Shown here one piece after another: positions 46,641-54,256 of a stretch of DNA of 64,000 nucleotides. The DNA is taken from positions 24,734-88,733 of the forward strand of contig JAHCAK010000007.1 of the NCBI GenBank assembly GCA_019634955.1, in the 5' to 3' direction. This DNA comes from Burkholderiales bacterium. Lineage in GTDB: Bacteria > Pseudomonadota > Gammaproteobacteria > Burkholderiales > Usitatibacteraceae. The stretch's first letter is position 1, and the number at the start of each line of letters is the position of its first letter. A program made the position numbers and the translations under genes. The notes under the pieces are model-generated. The model did not search any database and had not been told where the DNA came from. It worked only from the letters and a program-made list of their open reading frames with translations.

Positions 46641-46906
46641 AGCGGCCTCCTCGCGTGTCGTTCGTCGTCGGGTCGTCCGGGAGGGAGCCCCTTCCCAGGG
46701 TCGACCGATCCTACGGTGCCCCCCGGGGCTCCGCCATCCCTCTGTCGGTGATCGGCGATCTCCGATGGGGTGGGTGGGAACTACCCGTTTGGGTTATGCC
46801 GCGCGTCCTTCGCCCGGGGGGTAGACGGCGGGGTCGTGGGGCGGCGTAAAGTAGCCCCTCGCGGCGTGGCGGTATTGGCGCCGCCTTCCTCCCGCCTACG
46901 CCGACC

Positions 46907-47128
46907 ATGGACCAGCCCGCCCCCATCGCCTCGCTCACCGTCCCGCTGGGCGGCCAGAGAATCGAGATGCATCCCGTCGCCTTCGAGGCGGGGGGCCTGC
47001 CGCTTCTGCGCGTGCGCATCCGGGAAGGCAAGCGCTTCACGGTCTTCGACATCGACGCGGGCACGGCCCGGGCGTGGGGCGAGGCACTCACGGCCTGGGC
47101 CGGGGCACCCGCCGGGAGCGCGCGATGA
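46907..47128 (+). CDS. Hypothetical 73-aa protein, translationally coupled to the Cmx6-like gene
   Basis: Track ORF MDQPAPIASLTVPLGGQRIEMHPVAFEAGGLPLLRVRIREGKRFTVFDIDAGTARAWGEALTAW... Its stop overlaps the next ATG (ATGA at 47125..47128). I recognise no family. Confidence 0.5.
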   Translation: MDQPAPIASLTVPLGGQRIEMHPVAFEAGGLPLLRVRIREGKRFTVFDIDAGTARAWGEALTAWAGAPAGSAR

Positions 47129-47775
47129 ACGCCGCCGCCGGCACCCTGGGCCCGGACTGCGGGCCGTCCGCCGCGGCGTTCGCGGAAATGGTCGACGTCG
47201 CCTTCGGGATCGCGGGCGATACCCTGCCCCACGGGTTCGAGTGGCCCCTCTTCCGGGAGATCGCCCGCGTCCTGCCGTGGATCCTCAAGACCCCGCGCGC
47301 GGGCGTCCTGCCGGTGAAGGGGCCGCGGTCGGCCGACGGCGGCCTCATGCTCACGCACCGCTCGCGCCTGGTGATCCGGCTGCCGCGCGACCGCGTCTGC
47401 TCCGCCAGCGCCCTGGAGCGCGAGACGCTTTCCGTCGGCGGCGCGAAGGTGCGGGTCGGCGAGGGCACCTTCCGCAAGCACCTGGCGGCCCCCACCCTCT
47501 ATTCCCCCCGCGTGGCGACCGGCGAGGCCGACGAGGCGCGCTTCCTCGCCGCGATCGAGGCCGAGATCGTCGCCCTCGGGGCGCAGGGCAGGCTCATCTG
47601 CGGCCGCCGCGTCGAGGTCGTGCTGGAGGAAGGGCACGTGACGGCCTTCCCGGTCGCCGTCCACGACCTGCGCGAGGCGGATTCCCTCCTCCTCCAGCGC
47701 ACCGGCCTCGGCCGCGGCCAGCCCGTGGGCTGCGGCCTCCTCGTTCCCCACAAGACCATCGTCGCGGCCGACTGA
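47125..47775 (+). CDS. Cas6/Cmx6-like (type I-MYXAN Cas6 family) RAMP protein, orphan
   Basis: Lies inside track ORF 47074..47775, with start ATG 47125 or ATG 47188 (MVDVAFGIAGDTLPHGF). The overall pattern matches my recollection of Cmx6: MVD..F.I.G..LP..H...L...I...LPW...GV.P..G...L.L...SRLVIRLP.....A..L....L.VGG..V.VG, with a C-terminal glycine-rich loop GLGRGQPVGCGLLVP. Confidence 0.65.
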   Translation: MNAAAGTLGPDCGPSAAAFAEMVDVAFGIAGDTLPHGFEWPLFREIARVLPWILKTPRAGVLPVKGPRSADGGLMLTHRSRLVIRLPRDRVCSASALERETLSVGGAKVRVGEGTFRKHLAAPTLYSPRVATGEADEARFLAAIEAEIVALGAQGRLICGRRVEVVLEEGHVTAFPVAVHDLREADSLLLQRTGLGRGQPVGCGLLVPHKTIVAAD

Positions 47776-47797
47776 GCCGGGCGGGAGCCTCCACGCC

Positions 47798-48286
47798 ATG
47801 TCCTTCCCCACCCTCACCGAGCCGGCCGCCATGGTCGACCTCACCGGCCTCACCTGCCCCGGCCCGATACTGGGCGCCCGCGAGATCCTCGAGAGCCTGC
47901 GCGACGGGCAGGTGCTGCTGCTGCTCTCGGACTGCCCCGGCACGCGCGACGACCTCTTCGCCTGGGCGCGGCAGACGGGCAACGAGGTGATCCACGCCGA
48001 GCCCCGCGACCGCGGCGCCACGGGCTACTACGTGCGCAAGGGTCGCAGCGGCCACGTGGCCGCCCACGTCCGCCTGGACCTGCGCGGCGTCTCCTGCCCC
48101 GGCCCGATCGTGGAAGCGCGCCAGCTCCTCAAGGGCATGCGCTCCGGGGAGGTGCTCAAGCTCGTGAGCGACTGCCCCGGCGTGCGCGACGACGTCGCCG
48201 GCTGGGCGGAGGCCACGCGGCTCGAACTCCTGGACACCGTCGGCTCGGGCAACGGCGCCTACGAGTTCTACCTGCGCAAGCTGTGA
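47798..48286 (+). CDS. Tandem (double-domain) TusA-like sulfurtransferase
   Basis: 162 aa with two TusA modules, each carrying the CPxP active-site motif (DLTGLTCPGPILGAREIL; DLRGVSCPGPIVEARQLL) and a second conserved SDCPG motif. Confidence 0.8.
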   Translation: MSFPTLTEPAAMVDLTGLTCPGPILGAREILESLRDGQVLLLLSDCPGTRDDLFAWARQTGNEVIHAEPRDRGATGYYVRKGRSGHVAAHVRLDLRGVSCPGPIVEARQLLKGMRSGEVLKLVSDCPGVRDDVAGWAEATRLELLDTVGSGNGAYEFYLRKL

Positions 48287-48903
48287 GCACGTCTTCGCGC
48301 ACCCCGCTGCGGGTGAAGAGCACCTGGTTCAAGCCGGGCCGTGCCCACTCGCCCGCGGAGGTGGCCGACGCCCTCGCCTTCATCGCCTGGCGCGTGGCGC
48401 AGAACATGCTGAAGAGCATGCGCAAGGCCGGGTTCGACATCGACCCGGGGCCGCAGTACTTCGACTTCCTGGCCGAGGCCGTGGCCTTCGCCATCCAGGT
48501 GGCGTGGCGCCTCGCCTACCCGCGCTACGACGAGGCGGGGCGGCTCGCCTTCATGACGGCGCTCGCCAACCGCACCGGCGAGGAACTGGCCGAGAACCGT
48601 GCCCGGCTGCTGGGCGAGCCCGATGCCGCCGCCATCAAGGCGGGCTTCATCGACCTCCTCAACCGCCGCACCGCCGAGTACGCCGACTTCGGCCACGGCC
48701 CCGACGGCCCGGACTTCGCCTTCCTGCGCTACTTCGCCACGGTCGTGGCCGAGCTCATGCCCGAGAAGGACCGGCGCTGGACCTGGGACCAGGTCATCGC
48801 CATCGAGGGCCCGGAGGCGGCCTCGTCCGTGGCGAAGGCCGTGAAGGGGCTCTTCGACGAGACGCCGCGCCGGCCCCGGCGCACCGTCCACACGGAAGGC
48901 TGA
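48283..48903 (+). CDS. Hypothetical protein (206 aa), coupled to the tandem TusA gene
   Basis: Track ORF. The GTG at 48283 overlaps the upstream stop (GTGA). The sequence is helical-looking (ADALAFIAWRVAQNMLKSMRKAGFDIDPGPQYFDFLAEAVAFAIQVAWRL...). I recognise no family. Confidence 0.6.
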   Translation: MSTSSRTPLRVKSTWFKPGRAHSPAEVADALAFIAWRVAQNMLKSMRKAGFDIDPGPQYFDFLAEAVAFAIQVAWRLAYPRYDEAGRLAFMTALANRTGEELAENRARLLGEPDAAAIKAGFIDLLNRRTAEYADFGHGPDGPDFAFLRYFATVVAELMPEKDRRWTWDQVIAIEGPEAASSVAKAVKGLFDETPRRPRRTVHTEG

Positions 48904-48908
48904 GGGCG

Positions 48909-49853
48909 ATGGGCGAGGCCGCCCCGGCCGGCGCGTTCCCTCCCGGCAGCCCCTTCGATCCCGATGACGACGCGGCCTTCGCCCGCTGGCGCGACGCGAA
49001 GCTCGCGGCCCGCGCCCTCACGGCCGCCGACCTCGTGGTGGAGGTGCGCGACCCGCGCTCGCTCGGCGCGGCGGAAAGGGACGAGCTGGTGCGCCGCTGC
49101 CGCCGCGACAACATGGCGCTCTACGCGAGCGGCGTCACCGGCGAGGACAAGGAGATCGCGCGGCGCCTGGGCGCCCAGCTGGGTCTCTCGACCCTGGACG
49201 CGAACTTCCTCGCCGACGAGGACGGCATCACGAGCATCGCGGTGACGGGCGGCAAGGCCGGCGCGGGCTACATCCCCTACACCACGCACCGCCTGCGCTG
49301 GCACACCGACGGCTATTACAACCCGCCGCGGCTGCGCATCCGCGCGATGCTCCTGCACTGCGTGCGCGACGCGGCCGCCGGCGGCGAGACGGCGCTGCTC
49401 GACCACGAGCTCGCCTACCTGCTGCTTCGCGAGGAGGACCCCGGGCTGGTGCGCGCCCTCATGCAGCCCGACGCGCTCGCCATCCCGGCGCGCGTCGACG
49501 AGGAGGGCGTGGCGCGCCCCGAGGCGGTGGGGCCGGTCTTCTCGGTCGAGCCCGGCACCGGCGACCTGCACATGCGCTACACGGCCCGCACGCGCAGCGT
49601 CGCGTGGAAGGACGACGGCGCGACCCCGGCCGCCGCGGCCCGGCTCCTCGCCCTCCTCGACGGCGACACGGGCTGCGTGCTGCGCACGCGCCTCGCGCCC
49701 GGCATGGGCCTCGCGTGCAACAACGTGCTCCACGAACGCAGCGCCTTCGAGGACGATCCCGCCCGGCCCCGGCTGCTGTACCGCGCGCGCTACGTGGAGC
49801 GCATCGCCGGGACGCAGGGCGCCTGGCGCGAAATGCGAACGGCCGGCATCTAG
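48909..49853 (+). CDS. TauD/TfdA-family Fe(II)/2-oxoglutarate dioxygenase-like protein
   Basis: Tail of track ORF 48504..49853. The ATG at 48909 gives the start. It has the HxD motif in LRWHTDGYY and the distal His region NNVLHERSAF. It is 314 aa. Confidence 0.7.
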   Translation: MGEAAPAGAFPPGSPFDPDDDAAFARWRDAKLAARALTAADLVVEVRDPRSLGAAERDELVRRCRRDNMALYASGVTGEDKEIARRLGAQLGLSTLDANFLADEDGITSIAVTGGKAGAGYIPYTTHRLRWHTDGYYNPPRLRIRAMLLHCVRDAAAGGETALLDHELAYLLLREEDPGLVRALMQPDALAIPARVDEEGVARPEAVGPVFSVEPGTGDLHMRYTARTRSVAWKDDGATPAAAARLLALLDGDTGCVLRTRLAPGMGLACNNVLHERSAFEDDPARPRLLYRARYVERIAGTQGAWREMRTAGI

Positions 49854-49861
49854 CCGGCCGT
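49839..49861. terminator. Hairpin at the convergent junction of the TauD-like and FadL-like genes (possible bidirectional terminator)
   Basis: ACGGCCGGC-ATCTA-GCCGGCCGT forms a perfect 9-bp stem overlapping the TauD-like stop codon. There is no clear U-tract. Confidence 0.3.
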
Positions 49862-49885
49862 CCCTGTCCCGCGGGGTGCCGAAGA

Positions 49886-51175
49886 CTACCAGCGCATGCC
49901 GTAGGCGAGGCCCAGCGAGTTCTGGTACATCTCGATCGTCTCGTTGCCGCCCATGCCGGGGAAGAAGGCGTTGAAGAACGACGCCCCCGTGACCTCGTTG
50001 CGCTTGGCGTGCATGAAGGCGCCCGAGATCTCGGCCGTCTTGCTGATCGCGTAGGTGAAGCCCAGCGTGTAGTGGTCCTTCACCACGCCCGGCGCAAGGA
50101 TGTTGAAGCTCACGTCGCGCGCCTGGATGGGGTTGTCGGTGCGGCCGAAGCCCGCGCGCACCGTGAGGGCCGGGCTCGCGGCGTACTCGACGCCCACCTT
50201 GAAGACGTCCACGTCGTCCCAGCCGAAGCCCGGGCCGCCGCTGGCGCCCAGCGGCGCCTGGTTGGTGCTGGGATTGCCCACCGAGCCCACGCCGCTGTAC
50301 TTGATCTTCTTGTAGTCGAGCGCGACGAGGACGCCGTCCACCGGGCGCACCGCCACGCCGAGCGTGTAGTGCTCCGGCATGTCGAAGCCCCCCGCGTCGG
50401 CGAAGAGGCCCTTGTAGCCCTCGAACTCGCCCATGTTCATCTTCGAGGTGTAGGTCGCGCCCACCGTCACGGCCGGGGTGATGCGGCCCATGTAGCCGAT
50501 GCGCACGCCGTAGCCCGTCGCCTCGTCGTGCCCGAGGTTGGTCACGTTGGCGGGCGACTGCGAGAGCTGCGTGAAGAGGTGCACGCCCTGCACGCGGAAC
50601 TTCTGGTAGCCGAACAGCGGCGAGATGCCGATCGCGTGGTCCGGGGAGATCTTCCAGCCCAGCGTCGGCGCGACGATGAGCTGCTCGAGGTTCACGCCCA
50701 GGCGCCCCAGGCCGCACAGGCCGTTGGCCGACGGCGGGCCGCCCGCGGCGGAGCAGTTGAGCTGCCCGCCCTCGAAGTCGGTGTTCATGCCGCCGTTGCC
50801 GTAGACCGTGACCCCCAGCGTCATGCTGGGCGACATCGCGCGGTTGTAGCCGAACTCGGGGATGGCGAAGAGCGTGCTGTCGCTGTCGACGGAGAAGTCG
50901 AGCATGCCGCCGGCGCTGCCCTCGCGTTTCACCTTGCGGCGCGGGCTGAAGAGATCGAGCCCCGCGTCGAGGCGGTTGCCCACGAAGGCCATGCTGGCCG
51001 GGTTGTTCGCGCCGCCCATGGCGTCGGCGGCCATGGCCGTGGAGGCGCCGGCCATGCCCTTGGCCTTGATGCCGTAGCCGTGGGAGAAGTAGCCGTCGGT
51101 GGCCGACGCGGCGAGCGGGGCCGCGACGGCCATCGTGGCGAGCGCGAGGCGGACCGCGGTGGGAAGCTTTCTCAT
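49886..51175 (-). CDS. Outer-membrane transport protein, OmpP1/FadL/TodX family
   Basis: 429 aa with a signal peptide (LATMAVAAPLAASA), the N-terminal GYFSHGYG motif, a beta-barrel-like alternating pattern and a C-terminal aromatic residue (W). Confidence 0.85.
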   Translation of the reverse strand: MRKLPTAVRLALATMAVAAPLAASATDGYFSHGYGIKAKGMAGASTAMAADAMGGANNPASMAFVGNRLDAGLDLFSPRRKVKREGSAGGMLDFSVDSDSTLFAIPEFGYNRAMSPSMTLGVTVYGNGGMNTDFEGGQLNCSAAGGPPSANGLCGLGRLGVNLEQLIVAPTLGWKISPDHAIGISPLFGYQKFRVQGVHLFTQLSQSPANVTNLGHDEATGYGVRIGYMGRITPAVTVGATYTSKMNMGEFEGYKGLFADAGGFDMPEHYTLGVAVRPVDGVLVALDYKKIKYSGVGSVGNPSTNQAPLGASGGPGFGWDDVDVFKVGVEYAASPALTVRAGFGRTDNPIQARDVSFNILAPGVVKDHYTLGFTYAISKTAEISGAFMHAKRNEVTGASFFNAFFPGMGGNETIEMYQNSLGLAYGMRW

Positions 51176-51218
51176 TGTGGTGAACCTCCGGAGTGGTGGG
51201 GAGCGTGAAGCGGGGGAA

Positions 51219-51689
51219 TCAGACGAACAGGCAGATGTCGGTGCTGCCGGCGAATTCGAAGAAGGTCGAGGCGCCGCCGTACTCGACGCCGTCGATGAAG
51301 TCCTCGCGCTTGAAGTCGAAGAGGTCGACGGTCATTTCGCAGCCGATGAACTTGACGCCGGATTCCTGGCAGGCCGTGCGCAGGTCCTCGATGGAGGCCA
51401 CGCCCTTCGACTTGATCTTCTGCTTCATCATCATCGTGGCCATCGACTCCATGCCCGGCAGCGCCGAGACGAGCACCGGCATCGGCACGGGCATCGGCAT
51501 GGCGGGGTTGGCCAGCGGGCTGATCTTCACGCCCGAGAGGTCCTTCCTCAGGAGCGTGAGGCCGTAGAAGGTGAAGAAGATCTGCACCTCGTAGTCGAGG
51601 GCCGCCGCGGTCGAGGCGAGGATGAAGGGCGGGTACGCCATGTCCAGCGTGCCCTTGGTGGCGATGATCGCCAGCTTCTTCCGGCTCAT
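51219..51689 (-). CDS. DsrE2-type (DsrE/DsrF-like family) sulfur-relay protein
   Basis: 156 aa: KKLAIIATKGTLDMAYPPFILASTAAALDYEVQIFFTFYG...VKFIGCEMT (conserved Cys). It lies downstream of tusA, as in tusA-dsrE2 modules. Confidence 0.8.
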   Translation of the reverse strand: MSRKKLAIIATKGTLDMAYPPFILASTAAALDYEVQIFFTFYGLTLLRKDLSGVKISPLANPAMPMPVPMPVLVSALPGMESMATMMMKQKIKSKGVASIEDLRTACQESGVKFIGCEMTVDLFDFKREDFIDGVEYGGASTFFEFAGSTDICLFV

Positions 51690-51699
51690 GGGGGCCGCC

Positions 51700-51927
51700 T
51701 CACTTCTTCTTCAGGAAGAAAACGTACTCCTTGCCTTCCGGCTGGGACGAGAGCAGCTCGTTGCCGGTCTGCTTGGCGAACGCCTCCATGTCCTTCACGC
51801 TGCCGGCGTCCGTCGAGATCACCTTGAGCACCTGGCCCGCGGCGAGCTCGCCCAGGGCCTTCTTCGTCTTGAGGATCGGCAGCGGGCAGTTGAGGCCGCG
51901 GGCGTCCAGTTCCTTGTCGTGGTTCAT
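51700..51927 (-). CDS. tusA: Sulfurtransferase TusA
   Basis: Lies inside track ORF 51700..52011. The ATG at 51927 gives MNHDKELDARGLNCPLPILKTKKALGELAAGQVLKVISTD, the canonical CPxP TusA. It is 75 aa. Confidence 0.9.
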   Translation of the reverse strand: MNHDKELDARGLNCPLPILKTKKALGELAAGQVLKVISTDAGSVKDMEAFAKQTGNELLSSQPEGKEYVFFLKKK

Positions 51928-52182
51928 GCTTCGTTCTCCTTGGCGGCTGTCGTCCGGGAGGATGCGCGCGCACGCACGCCCATGCCCGCCCGGGCATTCG
52001 GGAACCGCCATTTCGCGGCCCGGGCGTCCCAGTGGCTATACCCCGTGTAGGGTAATTCCGCCTCCCCCACATGGGTAATGACCAATATCAACCACCGCTA
52101 ATATGCTTCGGGACGAAAGTCCTACGCTACACTGGCCCCGGCGCCCCTTTCCGGGGGCGCGCGGGCAACCGCGGGAGGCACC

Positions 52183-53643
52183 GTGTCGCACCGTCTTTCG
52201 CTGTCGCGGGCGGCCCACCTGGTCGGCGTGCACCGCAGCGCGCTCCAGCAGATGATCCGCGAGGGGCGCCTGGCGACCTCGGAGGGGATGATCGCCATCG
52301 AGGAGCTGCGGCGCGCGTTTCCGCAGGCGCCACTGGAAGCCTCCGGGGCCATCGAGTGGGTCAATCGCATCAAGGAGGAGTCCTTTGGCCGCCGCGTCCG
52401 TGAACGCATGCTCCCCTCGCAGGAGGTCCTCGCGCAGCGCCTGTTCGCGCAGGGCCTCGAACTCGCCGAGATGCGACGCACCGTGCAGCGCTACCACGCG
52501 CTCGTGGAGAGCCTTGCCCGCGCGATCGACGGCGAGCTGGGCGGACACCCGGCGCGGGCGCGCCTGGGGACGCTCCTGGCCGAGGGCCTCGGGCGGGCGC
52601 TCGCGGGCGACGAGGCCGACGCCATCGCCGCGCTCGACGACGCGCTTCGCGTCATGACGCCGCGCGTCGAGGTCCGCCCCAGCGGCCACGAGTTCCAGGT
52701 CGAGGGGCGCGATTCCATCCTGCAGTCCGGCCTGAAGGCGGGGCTCAAGCTCTCGTACGGCTGCGAGAACGGCACCTGCGGCCTCTGCCGCGCGCGCGTG
52801 GTCGACGGCGAGGCGCAGCGCATCCGCCCGCACGACTATCCCCTGTCGGAGGCCGAGCGCGCGCAGGGGCACATCCTGATGTGCGCCTACTCGGCCATCA
52901 CCGACCTGAAGATCGAGACGCTCGAGGCCGCGGGGCCCGCTGACATCCCGCGGCAGGAAGTGGTGACCACGATCCGCGCGGTCACCGCGCTCGCGGACGA
53001 CACGCGCCTGCTGCACCTGCAGACGCCGCGCTCGAGCCGCCTGCGCTTCCTCGCCGGCCAGTCGGCCGACCTCGGTGCCGCGACGGCCGCGGGCGATGCG
53101 CACGCGACCTACCCCATCGCGAGCTGCCCCTGCGACGACCGGAACGTCCACTTCCACGTCGGCCGCGACGCCGGCGACCCCTTCGCCGCCGACCTCTTTT
53201 CGGGCGCGCTGCGCGCGGGCGATCGCGTGACGCTGGTGGGGCCCGTCGGCGGCTTCGTCCTCGGCCCCGGGGAGGGGCGGCCGCTCGTGTTCCTCGCCTG
53301 CGACCTCGGCTTCGCGCCGGTCAAGAGCCTCGTGGAGTACGCGCTCTCGGCGGACGCCGCGCCCTCGTACACGGTCGCGTGGCTCGCCACGCGGCCGGAC
53401 GGCCACTACCTCGCCAACCAGTGCCGGGCGTGGGCGGAGGCGCTTGACGGCTTCTCGTGGGTCCCGGCGACCCACGAGGACCCCGCCGCCGGCGCCGAGG
53501 CGCTGGTGGCCGGGCTGGACGCGGGGTCGCTCGCGCGTTCCGACGTGTACGTGGCCGGCCCCGAGGCTTTCGTGCGCGCCGCCGAGTTCGCGTTGCGCGG
53601 CGCCGGCGTTCCCGGTGAATCCCTCTTCACTCACGTGCCCTGA
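52183..53643 (+). CDS. Fusion protein: N-terminal HTH (MerR/excisionase-like) + plant-type [2Fe-2S] ferredoxin + FAD/NAD(P)-binding ferredoxin-reductase module
   Basis: 486 aa. The N-terminus is LSLSRAAHLVGVHRSALQQMIREGRL. A helical linker of about 100 aa follows, then CENGTCGLCRARV...MC (2Fe-2S), ATYPIAS (RxYS-like FAD motif) and LVGPVGGF (NAD(P) motif). The gene is divergent from tusA. Confidence 0.8.
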   Translation: MSHRLSLSRAAHLVGVHRSALQQMIREGRLATSEGMIAIEELRRAFPQAPLEASGAIEWVNRIKEESFGRRVRERMLPSQEVLAQRLFAQGLELAEMRRTVQRYHALVESLARAIDGELGGHPARARLGTLLAEGLGRALAGDEADAIAALDDALRVMTPRVEVRPSGHEFQVEGRDSILQSGLKAGLKLSYGCENGTCGLCRARVVDGEAQRIRPHDYPLSEAERAQGHILMCAYSAITDLKIETLEAAGPADIPRQEVVTTIRAVTALADDTRLLHLQTPRSSRLRFLAGQSADLGAATAAGDAHATYPIASCPCDDRNVHFHVGRDAGDPFAADLFSGALRAGDRVTLVGPVGGFVLGPGEGRPLVFLACDLGFAPVKSLVEYALSADAAPSYTVAWLATRPDGHYLANQCRAWAEALDGFSWVPATHEDPAAGAEALVAGLDAGSLARSDVYVAGPEAFVRAAEFALRGAGVPGESLFTHVP

Positions 53644-53651
53644 GTCCCGCC

Positions 53652-54023
53652 ATGGCCGCTTCGCCTCCCCGCCGCACCATCCCGATCGCCTCCGCCGCCG
53701 AAGGCGAGCACGGCGCCTGCAGCGGCGCGGAGTCCTTCGCGCTGATGGTGCTGGGCGACTCGATGGCACCGGAGTTCGCCGAGGGCGACGTGATCGTGAT
53801 CGAGCCCGAGGGGCTCGCGACCGACGGCTCCTTCGTCCTCGCGCAGCACGGCGGGGAATGGATATTCCGCCAGCTGGTCGCCGCCGGCGACGCCTGGCGG
53901 CTCCGCCCGCTGAACCCGGCCTACCCGACGCTCGACCTGCCCGACCTCGCCGCGGTGCGCGGGGTCGTGATCCAGCGCACGACGCCGGGCAGGCGCAAGT
54001 CCACCACACGCTACGGACAGTAG
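53652..54023 (+). CDS. S24 (LexA/UmuD-like) peptidase domain protein without DNA-binding domain
   Basis: 123 aa with the FALMVLGDSMAPEFAEGDVIVIEP serine motif and the VVIQRTTPGRRK lysine region. Confidence 0.75.
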   Translation: MAASPPRRTIPIASAAEGEHGACSGAESFALMVLGDSMAPEFAEGDVIVIEPEGLATDGSFVLAQHGGEWIFRQLVAAGDAWRLRPLNPAYPTLDLPDLAAVRGVVIQRTTPGRRKSTTRYGQ

Positions 54024-54034
54024 CCGAGGCCCCC

Positions 54035-54256
54035 ATGCCCTACTACCTCTACAAGGTCTTCCCCTTCCACCGCCTCGAGAAGGTGGCGGTGCTCGACGCC
54101 TTTCCGCAGGCCTCCGCGCAGGCGAAGGCCCTGCGCAAGGACCCGGCGCTGCCCGCCGACTGCAAGGTGAAGGTCGTCTTCGCCGAGCACGAGCTGGGGG
54201 CCGAGGCGCTGCTCACCGAGGTCCGCGAGCCACAGCCTCGCCTTGAAGACGACTGA
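54035..54256 (+). CDS. Hypothetical 73-aa protein
   Basis: Tail of track ORF 53444..54256. The ATG at 54035 gives MPYYLYKVFPFHRLEKVAVLDAFPQASAQAKALRKDPALPADCKVKVVFAEHELGAEALLTEVREPQ. Its composition looks like real coding sequence. Confidence 0.5.
   Translation: MPYYLYKVFPFHRLEKVAVLDAFPQASAQAKALRKDPALPADCKVKVVFAEHELGAEALLTEVREPQPRLEDD

Noticed and set aside
46641-49853. Looked for a CRISPR array or other cas genes near the Cas6/Cmx6-like gene.
   Set aside because: I saw no regularly spaced 25-40-nt direct repeats here or elsewhere in the window by eye. The neighbours are TusA-like, TauD-like and unknown proteins, not Cas proteins.
52141-52160. Hairpin GCGCCCC-TTTCCG-GGGGCGC just upstream of the HTH-reductase fusion gene as a riboswitch or attenuator.
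   Set aside because: It is a single 7-bp stem with no conserved riboswitch features that I recognise. It may simply be 5'-UTR structure.
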